Position numbers and translations under genes: made by a program. Positions 10,745 to 19,353 of a stretch of DNA of 41,051 nucleotides are shown piece by piece. Source of the stretch: a virus (lineage: Duplodnaviria > Caudoviricetes); IMG/VR virus record IMGVR_UViG_3300030433_001199, positions 1-41,051 of that record; one strand, given 5' to 3'. Position 1 is the first letter of the stretch, and each line of letters starts with the position of its first letter. The notes under the pieces are model-generated. The model was given only the letters and a program-made list of their open reading frames with translations, searched no databases and was not told the DNA's origin.

Positions 10745-13700
10745 ATGCCAATTTTAGTAGCGCCTAAAAGAAAAGAATTACAAGACGAAGAAGATCGACT
10801 CAGAGAACTTCGTAAATTTAATCCACTATATAAACTAGACAAACAAGAAGCACTTTTATATGCTTCTGAAATGGGAGCTAGTGATACTGCTCGTGGTATT
10901 GCTCAACTTTTTGGTAAAGGTGGAGAATACTTTGGAGTAGACGGCTTAACTGATTACTTAAAAGAAAAAGACAAAAAATTAAATGCTATATTCAATAGTT
11001 CTGAATATGGTAACGAAGCCCTTGCTACTTTTTTAGGATCTGCTGTAGTGTTTGATCCTGTAAGTTATGTTCCTATTATAGGGTGGATGTCAAAAGGAAA
11101 AAAAGCAAAAAATTTATGGGATCTTACAAAATATGGTGGGTCTACTGGAGCAGTCGTAGCAGGTTTAGGTTATACTCCTGAAGATTACGGTCAACTAATA
11201 TCAGACGCTGATGCATCCTTAGTTCAAAAAAGATTAGAAAATGCTGCAATAGGAGGAACTTTTGCTAGTGCTTTGACAGCAGGCGGAGGAAAAGTAGTTG
11301 ATAAATATTTAAAGTTTAAAGGTAAGAAAGGTTTGTTTGAAGAAAGTGATGAAGTATATGCTCTTAAATCATCAAACGACAAACTTTCTAAAGAAGAAGA
11401 AAAGATAGCATCTAAAGATCCTCTTCAAGTAGGTCAAATTGTTAGAGCGAGAGATAGAAATAATATAGGAACAATCATAGATTTAGATGATGATACAGGA
11501 GTAGCGACTGTAAAATTTGTTAATAAAAGGAATGGTACGACAGCAACAAAAAGATTTTCTCAGAAAGATTTAAGACCTAATAGAGTAACAAAAGCAAAAC
11601 CCCTAAAAGATAAAAAAGATTCTCAAGTCGAAAGACCTGACGATGTTGTGTTTGTTATTGATGATACTTCTAATCCTAGTACATTATTATATAGAACAAA
11701 AGATAGGATTACTGGAAAACTATATACAATTAGAAAAGCATTTGATGAAAATGACAAGGTAATAAAAGGCCAATGGGAACTTATTGTAACCAAAGAACAA
11801 AAATATAAACCTAAAGGCAGTAAGAGAACAAAGACAAGAACAATTCAAGAAAGACCTATAATTTTTGGAAGTCTTACAAAAGCAAAAGAATACGTAAAAA
11901 GAACAATAAAACCTCAAGAAGATTTTGATACAAAGACATTAATCAACAAAGAAATACAAAAAGAATCAAGACCTAAAAAAAATATAAATAGAAATGCAGG
12001 TCCTATTCTGTCTTTTTGGCAGGATAATTTTGGGTATCCTATTTTAAATGTTGCTAGGAATAATATTGGAGAAACTGTAGGTGGTGTTAGTGGTTTTATG
12101 TATGGTGCAACAGCCTCTGAAGATGATCCTAATACTTGGTATCCTGAGAAATTTTTTAAAGGTTTGCAATATGCTGCAATAGGTGCAGGTGGAGTTAAAG
12201 GATTTAAAGCACTAGATAAAAAATTCTATGATGGTCAAGGTGCAGAAATGTTTGCTAGAGCGATAATACCTGATTATAATTTACCTGAAGAATATATAAC
12301 ACTTAAAAGAAAAACTCAAATAGAAAGAAATACTATTCTTAGTAAATTTTTTGATATTACAAAGAGAGCAAAAGATGAACTAACACCTGAACAAGATCAA
12401 CTTTTATGGCAATTTATGTCTGGAGAAATGTTTGATTTAACAAAATTAACGAAAGAAGCTAGACAACTTGATTCTGAAGGAAGGAAATTAGTAACTAAAT
12501 ATGCTCAAGAAATGGTAGATTTAGGTTTATTAGATGAAAAGATTTTTAAAAAACATATAAATACTTATTTAAAAAGATCTTATTTAAAAAATTTAAAACT
12601 ATCAAATCCTTTTACAAGAACTTCTAAAGAAGACAAAACTCGAAAAAAACCCTATGGTGAATTAACTTTAGAAAGTGTTAGACAATTAAGACTCTTAGGT
12701 GATGAACTTAAACCAAGAGGTATAACATTAAAAACTACAAAAAAAGAATATAACTCTAATCCGATATATAAACAAGAAGGATGGGAAATAATAAAACAAG
12801 GTAAAGGTAAAAATGCTACTATTACTATAAGAAAAGACTACACTAAAGAGCAAAGACAAGCAATGGGAGAAATAGAAAGTGCTGCTTATGCTTTTAGAGA
12901 AACAGGTAGATATCTAGCTAATGATGTTTCTGTTTCAAAATTCTTTAATAATTTAGCAACCAATCCTAAATATAAAAAATTTATTATTGATAAAGCAACC
13001 TATGACAGTTTAGATAAAACAGAACTAGATAAATGGGTTAGAATATCAGATGACAATATAAAAGGAACAAGTAGACCTCGTTTTGGTAATCTTGGAGGAA
13101 AATACACAACTCCTGAAATAGCCAGAGATTTAAAAGCAACTTATAATTTTGCTACTAAAAGCGATAACATTTTAAAACCTGTTGCAAGAGCATTTGACGC
13201 TATACAAAGAACGTGGAAAACTTTTAAAACAGCTTACACTCCTTCTACACATACAGGTAACTTTAATTCTAATATTATATTAATGGATTTTGCAGATGTA
13301 GAATACAGTTATCTACCTAAAGCTATAAAGATTATAAGAGAGGGAGATAAAAATCCTTTATTTAGGGAAGCTCAAATAAATGGTATATTTGATGTTAATT
13401 TAATAAATAAAGAATTAAATAATGTTGGTTCAGATATAGAAAGATCTCTTATAAAAGCTCTTGATGATCCAAATCAAGAGGCAGGTTTATTGGGTTATTC
13501 TTCCGATTTGTTAAAAAACTTAAAAAAAGTTCCTGATAAAGCAGAAGATCTTTATCTTTTGGAAGATAGTGTATTTAGACTTGCAACATATATGGATAGA
13601 ATTGAAAAAGGATTTAGTGTTGAAGAGGCATCTTTAGAAGCTAGAAAATGGTTTATTGATTATGATATTAACGCGCCTTTAGTTAACGCACTTAAAAGAT

Positions 13701-16312
13701 CTTTTGTTCCTTTTATTAGTTATTCTTATCGAGTAGCGCCTTTACTTTTTGAAGCTGCGGTTTTAAGACCACATAAATTTGCAAAATGGGCAGCAATAAT
13801 AGGTGCTACCGATTTAGCTGGTCAAGCAATTACAAGAGAAAACTCTAAACTTGAAAGAATAACAATGAAAGAGTCTGATAAGAAAAGACTTTACAATTTA
13901 GATTTACTTCCATATACAACAATAAAAACTCCTTTTAAAAATGAAAAAGGAAACTCTTTTTATTTGGACATAGGAAGAATGATTCCGGGTGGCGATATAT
14001 TTGAGCAGCGTCAAGAAGGAAGTGTTAAAATTCCGGGAGTACCTATGCCATTACAACCGGGAGGTTTATGGTTTGATTTTGCTTTTATGTTAACAACAGG
14101 TAAAGACCCTTTTACTGGAGTATCTGTTGTAGGTCCTGAAGGAGAAGTTGTTGGACCCACTTTAAAAACAACATTTAAAAAATCTTTACCGAACATAGCT
14201 TTTGTTTTTCCGGGTTCTTATAATGATGAAAGACTTAAAAAAGCAATAAGAGCAAACAGAAGAGGCTTGCAAGGTCAAAGGACTACAGGATCTATTTATG
14301 CTGCTGAACCGGGAATTATAGAAGCATTGTTGTATAATTTAGGTATAAGACTAAGGCCCCAAGATGTACAAGCAAATAAACAACTAAAAGAAACTCTTTT
14401 TAAACAAGAAGAAGCAGAGTTAAAAGGTAAAATAAGCGGTTTAAGAAAAGCTTATCAAAGAGAAACTATATCTTATGAAGATTATAAAGAAGAAGAAGCA
14501 GAACTAACTTTGCTTTTGTTAAGGCTTTATGGTGAAAAAGAACTGTACGATAATGCAGTAGCTGCTGAAGAAATAAAAAGATCTAAAAGATTATATGAAA
14601 GAAAACAAAAATTTGATGGTGGTGAAATCTCAGAAGACTTCCCAGTTGCTAATGTAAAAGAAGAACCTTCTGAAATGATTAACAAGGCCACAGGTTTGCC
14701 TTACGAAGCCGAAATGGAACGGTTAGGTTTTGCTGAAGGTGGTAATCCTGCTAGAGAAGAACGTATAGCAGAACGAGAAGAAAGAGATAGAATAAGAAAA
14801 CAAGAAGAAGAAGCAATCATTAAAAGTATAGATGAAAATCTTAACCCACTACAAAAAGCATCTCTTATTCCTGTACCTATTGCTTCTGATATAGCAGGTG
14901 TAGCAGGAGATATACAGATGTATCGAGAAAAGCCTGAAACAAGATCGTGGAGTAATTATGCATTATCAGGTTTAGGTGCATTACCTTTTGTTCCTAGTGT
15001 TGCTGGAACTATTGGTAAAGTAAGTAAAGGACAGGAATTTACATCTAAAGCTACAGATATTAATTATAAAGGTGGAAGAGTTCCCGCTGTATTTAAAAAG
15101 GTAGATTGGGAAAAAGATACCATAAATCTTGATTTAGGAGGAGGCGCTGGAGAAGTATCTACTGATTTTTTAAAAGAAAAAGGAGTAAGAAATAAAGTTT
15201 TTGATCCTTATAACAGAACTCCTGAACACAACGAAAAGGTAATGTTAGAAATTGGAAATGGTCAAGCAGATACAGTTACGATATCCAATGTCTTAAATGT
15301 TATTAAAGAACCTGAACAAAGATTGAAAGTTATCGAAAGCGCTAAAAAAGCTTTGAAACCTGAAGGCAAAGCATATTTTACAGTTTATCAAGGAGATGGT
15401 AAAGGTGTTGGTAGAATAACAGGTAAAGATCAATGGCAGAATAATAAAAAATTAAAAGACTATGAAAAAGAAATTAAAAAATCTTTTAATGATGTTTCAA
15501 CAAAAGGAGGAGTAATTATTGCTCGTAATAAACCTAAAGTTTTTGGAACGACTACTGATGGAAAATATTATGTTGTTGATACTCCAACAGGAGCAATGAA
15601 AAAAGAGACATATGAAGAAATGTATGGTAATCCTAGAATTAAAAAACAATATGGAGGCTTAATAGGAAACCTTCAGAAACGTAAAGCAATGCGAGAAGGT
15701 GGAGATACTGGAAAGGGTGGTTATCCAACTTTACAAGATAAAGACTATGATGCTGTTCTAGAATATATTGGAGGATTAGATCAAGAAGAAATGAATAGAA
15801 GAGCTAATGAATGGGCAGAAAACAAACAAAAAGATTATCCTACTTTTGATAAAGAAAACTTAGCTAATGCTTATCTTCACGCTATTTCTACTTACGAATT
15901 AGCAACTCCAAATCCTGAAGGTGGAGAAGGAAATAAAGGACCACTACAAAAATGGGGTCGTTCTTTAGCTGGACAGATAGGAATGCAAGTTAAAGAAGGC
16001 ATTCAAGCAGCGCAGGCAGCTTTCGGATCAGACAGAAGCGCAGACAAGTTTGTAGAAGCTTTAAAAGATAGAAGAAATAACAGGCTAGGTATGGCAGCGT
16101 GGTCTTTGCACAGAGAAAACAAAGAAGATGCTTACAATTTTATAGATCGGAAAATAACTGAACGTTTGGATTCTAGAGTTTCTGGAGAAGGAGAAAGATA
16201 TATGAGTGGTCCTGTTATTAACAAAGACGAAGAAATGTATCTTCCAAAAATAATTGGAAGTGGAGAAGAAGCACTTAAAGATGCAAAACGTTTTGTTAAA
16301 GGTTATAAATAA
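10745..16312 (+). CDS. Large polyvalent internal virion/ejection protein with SH3-like insert, pre-toxin-like linker, SAM-dependent methyltransferase and C-terminal SAA/lipocone-like domain
   Basis: 1855 aa, last gene of the ejection cluster. MTase motifs LDLGGGAG, FDPY, SNVLNVI; C-terminal NAYLHA...DRRNNRLG. Confidence 0.75.
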   Translation: MPILVAPKRKELQDEEDRLRELRKFNPLYKLDKQEALLYASEMGASDTARGIAQLFGKGGEYFGVDGLTDYLKEKDKKLNAIFNSSEYGNEALATFLGSAVVFDPVSYVPIIGWMSKGKKAKNLWDLTKYGGSTGAVVAGLGYTPEDYGQLISDADASLVQKRLENAAIGGTFASALTAGGGKVVDKYLKFKGKKGLFEESDEVYALKSSNDKLSKEEEKIASKDPLQVGQIVRARDRNNIGTIIDLDDDTGVATVKFVNKRNGTTATKRFSQKDLRPNRVTKAKPLKDKKDSQVERPDDVVFVIDDTSNPSTLLYRTKDRITGKLYTIRKAFDENDKVIKGQWELIVTKEQKYKPKGSKRTKTRTIQERPIIFGSLTKAKEYVKRTIKPQEDFDTKTLINKEIQKESRPKKNINRNAGPILSFWQDNFGYPILNVARNNIGETVGGVSGFMYGATASEDDPNTWYPEKFFKGLQYAAIGAGGVKGFKALDKKFYDGQGAEMFARAIIPDYNLPEEYITLKRKTQIERNTILSKFFDITKRAKDELTPEQDQLLWQFMSGEMFDLTKLTKEARQLDSEGRKLVTKYAQEMVDLGLLDEKIFKKHINTYLKRSYLKNLKLSNPFTRTSKEDKTRKKPYGELTLESVRQLRLLGDELKPRGITLKTTKKEYNSNPIYKQEGWEIIKQGKGKNATITIRKDYTKEQRQAMGEIESAAYAFRETGRYLANDVSVSKFFNNLATNPKYKKFIIDKATYDSLDKTELDKWVRISDDNIKGTSRPRFGNLGGKYTTPEIARDLKATYNFATKSDNILKPVARAFDAIQRTWKTFKTAYTPSTHTGNFNSNIILMDFADVEYSYLPKAIKIIREGDKNPLFREAQINGIFDVNLINKELNNVGSDIERSLIKALDDPNQEAGLLGYSSDLLKNLKKVPDKAEDLYLLEDSVFRLATYMDRIEKGFSVEEASLEARKWFIDYDINAPLVNALKRSFVPFISYSYRVAPLLFEAAVLRPHKFAKWAAIIGATDLAGQAITRENSKLERITMKESDKKRLYNLDLLPYTTIKTPFKNEKGNSFYLDIGRMIPGGDIFEQRQEGSVKIPGVPMPLQPGGLWFDFAFMLTTGKDPFTGVSVVGPEGEVVGPTLKTTFKKSLPNIAFVFPGSYNDERLKKAIRANRRGLQGQRTTGSIYAAEPGIIEALLYNLGIRLRPQDVQANKQLKETLFKQEEAELKGKISGLRKAYQRETISYEDYKEEEAELTLLLLRLYGEKELYDNAVAAEEIKRSKRLYERKQKFDGGEISEDFPVANVKEEPSEMINKATGLPYEAEMERLGFAEGGNPAREERIAEREERDRIRKQEEEAIIKSIDENLNPLQKASLIPVPIASDIAGVAGDIQMYREKPETRSWSNYALSGLGALPFVPSVAGTIGKVSKGQEFTSKATDINYKGGRVPAVFKKVDWEKDTINLDLGGGAGEVSTDFLKEKGVRNKVFDPYNRTPEHNEKVMLEIGNGQADTVTISNVLNVIKEPEQRLKVIESAKKALKPEGKAYFTVYQGDGKGVGRITGKDQWQNNKKLKDYEKEIKKSFNDVSTKGGVIIARNKPKVFGTTTDGKYYVVDTPTGAMKKETYEEMYGNPRIKKQYGGLIGNLQKRKAMREGGDTGKGGYPTLQDKDYDAVLEYIGGLDQEEMNRRANEWAENKQKDYPTFDKENLANAYLHAISTYELATPNPEGGEGNKGPLQKWGRSLAGQIGMQVKEGIQAAQAAFGSDRSADKFVEALKDRRNNRLGMAAWSLHRENKEDAYNFIDRKITERLDSRVSGEGERYMSGPVINKDEEMYLPKIIGSGEEALKDAKRFVKGYK

Positions 16313-16315
16313 TAC

Positions 16316-16344
16316 TTGACAAACTTTAAAATAAATACTATACT
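16316..16344 (+). promoter_or_regulatory. Sigma70-type promoter TTGACA-17-TATACT
   Basis: Near-consensus hexamers with 17-bp spacer, directly after the 16312 stop codon. Confidence 0.75.
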
Positions 16345-16347
16345 ATA

Positions 16348-16521
16348 ATGTTACTGTACACAGAAGAACAACTAGAAAGCGCTTACGAGATTTATAGAAG
16401 TCACCAAGCTAGACAAGACTTAGGCTTTATGAGCTTAGAACACTTTAGAATGTTTTATGAGCAGTTAGCTGAAGAAGTTCTAGACGGTGGAATAGAAGAA
16501 AGATATGGGCTTCCCGTTTGA
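16348..16521 (+). CDS. Small hypothetical protein (57 aa, MLLYTEEQLESAYEIYR...), not in ORF track
   Basis: Manual translation; fills the gap and overlaps the start of the next gene. Confidence 0.65.
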   Translation: MLLYTEEQLESAYEIYRSHQARQDLGFMSLEHFRMFYEQLAEEVLDGGIEERYGLPV

Positions 16522-16939
16522 AATTATTACAATGCTGGGTTCAACATTACTCAGCAGTCTGTTAAGTCTTTGGGCGCAAAGTCGTAAGGCAAAAGCAGAA
16601 GAACAAAAACTTCTTATTACTAGAGGTGAGTTTGAGCTAAAAGCTATTGAAGCTGCAAGAAATGTACAAGACAAAGGCTTTACATTTACAAGAAGAGTCA
16701 TTGCATTGACATCAATCTTTGCAATCATAGTGTTGCCCAAACTAGTAGCAGTATATGCGCCTGATGTTTCAGTTACTGTAGGATATACTAATTGGAATCC
16801 GGGGTTTTGGTTTTTTAAAGAAGGAAGAGAGGTTTTTGAATGGATTACTTTTCAAGGTTTGGTAATCACGCAGTTAGATACCAATTTAGTATCGGCTATA
16901 ATTGGTATGTACTTTGGTGGTAGTTTAGTTAAGAGATAA
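16505..16939 (+). CDS. Holin-like membrane protein (about 3 hydrophobic segments)
   Basis: Hydrophobic helices and C-terminal IIGMYFGG resemble 3TM holin families. Confidence 0.6.
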   Translation: MGFPFEIITMLGSTLLSSLLSLWAQSRKAKAEEQKLLITRGEFELKAIEAARNVQDKGFTFTRRVIALTSIFAIIVLPKLVAVYAPDVSVTVGYTNWNPGFWFFKEGREVFEWITFQGLVITQLDTNLVSAIIGMYFGGSLVKR

Positions 16940-16950
16940 AAGGAATAAAT

Positions 16951-17331
16951 ATGCAAAATCAAATGGGTGGCTTTCAAGGAGATATGGATCGTAATGAGGT
17001 TGAGATTGATCTTAATAAGTTTATGGCCCTCCTTCAAGAGAAGTCAGATTTAAAAGACAGAATAAGGGAACTTGAAGATGAGAAGAATGATAACCCTTAT
17101 CAAAAATTTATATTCGTAGCAGAAGCTATAGATAGCTGGAGGATTATACCAAGAGCCTTCTTATCTATCTATATGTATCTGTTATATTACACAACATTCT
17201 GGTTTATGGATTTAGCTGAACCGACCTTTGAACAATCAGGATTGATCTCGATTGTTGTAGGTGCAGGGGCAGCTTGGTTTGGACTCTATACAAACAGCCA
17301 CAAGCCAGACGGAAAAAAAGGTAAAGACTAA
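16951..17331 (+). CDS. Membrane protein: N-terminal coiled coil plus 2 TM helices (holin/antiholin-like)
   Basis: WRIIPRAFL and GLISIVVGAGAAWFGLY hydrophobic segments. Confidence 0.6.
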   Translation: MQNQMGGFQGDMDRNEVEIDLNKFMALLQEKSDLKDRIRELEDEKNDNPYQKFIFVAEAIDSWRIIPRAFLSIYMYLLYYTTFWFMDLAEPTFEQSGLISIVVGAGAAWFGLYTNSHKPDGKKGKD

Positions 17332-17468
17332 TGAGTATTATATTATTTTTAATCATAGTCGTTATGGGTATTATGTGGCATTGTGAGCCGAATATGATGC
17401 GAGACATCGTGGCTAAGTGCAAAAAATACGCAGGCGATATAATGAAATTGATTAAGTTTAAAGGGTAA
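17331..17468 (+). CDS. 45-aa single-TM protein, not in ORF track
   Basis: TAATG overlap with upstream stop; N-terminus MSIILFLIIVVMGIMW. Confidence 0.55.
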   Translation: MSIILFLIIVVMGIMWHCEPNMMRDIVAKCKKYAGDIMKLIKFKG

Positions 17469-17489
17469 TCTTTAGCTTAACAATAGGAG

Positions 17490-17563
17490 TCTCTTAGAAC
17501 GCTCATATGGAGGTCTGAGAGGCATTTATAAACAGCATTCTTGCTTATAATAAGGAGAAGAAA
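17490..17563 (+). promoter_or_regulatory. ROSE-like RNA thermometer in the hsp20 5' UTR
   Basis: TTCTT-G-CTTA pairs with TAAG-GAGAA (the SD) leaving a bulged G in a UUGCU motif; upstream hairpin CTCTTAGA/TCTGAGAG. Confidence 0.7.
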
Positions 17564-18007
17564 ATGGTCAGAAAAAGAAATGACTTTTATGGAATGGTGG
17601 ATTTTAGAGATCCTATATTCTCATCATTGTTTGTAGGATTTGATGGTCTTTTTAAGAATATGGCAGAGATGTCAGCAGGTTCTAAAAGCCTACCAAGTTA
17701 TCCACCTTACAATGTACTTCAAGACGGAGATGATTACGTAATTGAAATCGCTCTGGCAGGTATCAAGAAAAAAGATATCGATATTACATCACAAGAAAAC
17801 ACTTTAACAGTTTCTTACGAGTCTTCAGAAGAAGATGCAGATAAAAAACTGTACAAAGGTATTGCACAAAGATCTTTCAAAAGACAATTTAATTTGTCTG
17901 AAGACATAGAGATTGAAGGTGCAAGTTTTGTCGATGGTATGTTAAATATTTTCTTGAAGAGAATAATTCCTGAAGAGAAGAAACCCAAAAAAATAAAAAT
18001 TAAATAG
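17564..18007 (+). CDS. hsp20: Small heat-shock protein (Hsp20/IbpA-like)
   Basis: VGFD, SYPPYNV, IEIALAG, KGIAQRSFKRQF, DGMLNI and C-terminal PKKIKI motifs. Confidence 0.95.
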   Translation: MVRKRNDFYGMVDFRDPIFSSLFVGFDGLFKNMAEMSAGSKSLPSYPPYNVLQDGDDYVIEIALAGIKKKDIDITSQENTLTVSYESSEEDADKKLYKGIAQRSFKRQFNLSEDIEIEGASFVDGMLNIFLKRIIPEEKKPKKIKIK

Positions 18008-18014
18008 TGATAAA

Positions 18015-18167
18015 GTGGAATACGATTTTGAAAGAAAGTGGACAAGAGTAAACAAGGAATATCTTGCGACCTTAGTGGATGATCACCAAAGGTATCGTAC
18101 CAAGTTCCGTATTCTTTTTGCTTATTTAATTTTTGACATTATCGTACACTTAGGATTACTAAATTAA
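18015..18167 (+). CDS. Possible 50-aa protein with C-terminal TM helix
   Basis: Manual translation from GTG; fills the gap but has no clear RBS. Confidence 0.4.
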   Translation: MEYDFERKWTRVNKEYLATLVDDHQRYRTKFRILFAYLIFDIIVHLGLLN

Positions 18168-18192
18168 TTTATGCTGAAGAGGAGAGCAGTAT

Positions 18193-19353
18193 ATGAAAAT
18201 AACTAAAAATTTATTAGGAGCTTTTATTGTATCTGCTCTTTTCTTTGGCGGTTCTGCACAGGCAGACCAAACTGGTGATTGTGATGCAGGAACACAATAT
18301 TGTGAACAAAATTCATTAGCGACAACCAATACGACAACCACTACGAATACCAACACGAACACAAATACTAATACAAATACTAATACAAATACTAACACGA
18401 ATACCAATACAAATACTAATACTACAACAACTACTGGTACTCAAACTAACACTAACACAAATACAAACACTAACACAAGCACAAGTACGGCTACAAATAC
18501 CAACAGCAACACAAATGTTAATACGACTACGACAACAGGTACGCAGACAAATACAAATACTAACACAAATGTTAGTACAAACACTAGTACTAATACCAAT
18601 AATAATACAACTAATTCAACTGTATCTAGCACGGTAAATTCTACCAACACTAATACTAATAATAGTACTAGTACAAGTACCAATACTAATAACAATAACA
18701 ATGTTAATACCAGTACCAGTACTAACACAAACAATAATAATAACACCAGTACAAGTACTTCTGACAACACAAATAAAAATTACAATGAGTCTAATTCAAA
18801 CTCAAGAGTTACCACAGACAATAAGAACGTAAACGAAAACAACAGTACCTCAAACAATACAAATAGAAATATAAATGAGAGCAAATCTGAACAAACTATC
18901 AATCAGAATATCACGCAAAAAGCACCGCCTGCTTCTGCGATTGCTCCTAGTATTATGAGTTACAGTCAAGACCTTTGTACTGTAGGAAGGTCAGGTGCAT
19001 ATCAAGGACAAGTGTTTGGCTTTTCTACAGGTCGTACAGTTCGTGATGAGAATTGTGAACGCTTGAAACTTTCCAAGTATCTATATGATACAGGTATGAA
19101 AGTTGCAGCAGTTGCCATACTTTGTCAAGACGTTAGAGTATTTAAAGCAATGCAAATGGCAGGTACTCCTTGTCCTTACGAAGGAAAGATTGGTGAAGAT
19201 GCTAAACTTGCTTGGAAAGAAAACATTAAAGACAGACCTGATTATGTAGAAGCAAAAGCTCAGTACCTTAAAAAGTGTAAAGGTACTAGAAACGAAAAAG
19301 GTTTGAAAAAATCAAGGCTGACCTGTGCTAAAGAGTTTGACAAAGGCGCTTAG
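18193..19353 (+). CDS. Secreted protein with long Thr/Asn repeat and Cys-rich C-terminal domain
   Basis: Signal peptide ending AQA; about 150 aa of TN repeats; PPASAIAP...C...CERLK...LCQD...AGTPCP domain. Confidence 0.8.
   Translation: MKITKNLLGAFIVSALFFGGSAQADQTGDCDAGTQYCEQNSLATTNTTTTTNTNTNTNTNTNTNTNTNTNTNTNTNTTTTTGTQTNTNTNTNTNTSTSTATNTNSNTNVNTTTTTGTQTNTNTNTNVSTNTSTNTNNNTTNSTVSSTVNSTNTNTNNSTSTSTNTNNNNNVNTSTSTNTNNNNNTSTSTSDNTNKNYNESNSNSRVTTDNKNVNENNSTSNNTNRNINESKSEQTINQNITQKAPPASAIAPSIMSYSQDLCTVGRSGAYQGQVFGFSTGRTVRDENCERLKLSKYLYDTGMKVAAVAILCQDVRVFKAMQMAGTPCPYEGKIGEDAKLAWKENIKDRPDYVEAKAQYLKKCKGTRNEKGLKKSRLTCAKEFDKGA
18322..18775 (+). repeat. Low-complexity hexanucleotide (ACnAAy) coding repeat giving (TN)n
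   Basis: Seen directly; synonymous variation indicates selection at the protein level. Confidence 0.9.

Noticed and set aside
16505-17468. Holin-like cluster without an endolysin as a novel lysis system
   Set aside because: The window lacks part of the genome (head and tail genes), so an endolysin may lie outside it.
18133-18165. TTGACA upstream of the secreted module as a promoter
   Set aside because: No acceptable -10 hexamer at 16-18 bp spacing.
18159-18770. Poly-(VL/VF) minus-strand ORFs that look like membrane proteins
   Set aside because: Antisense reading of the (TN)n repeat.
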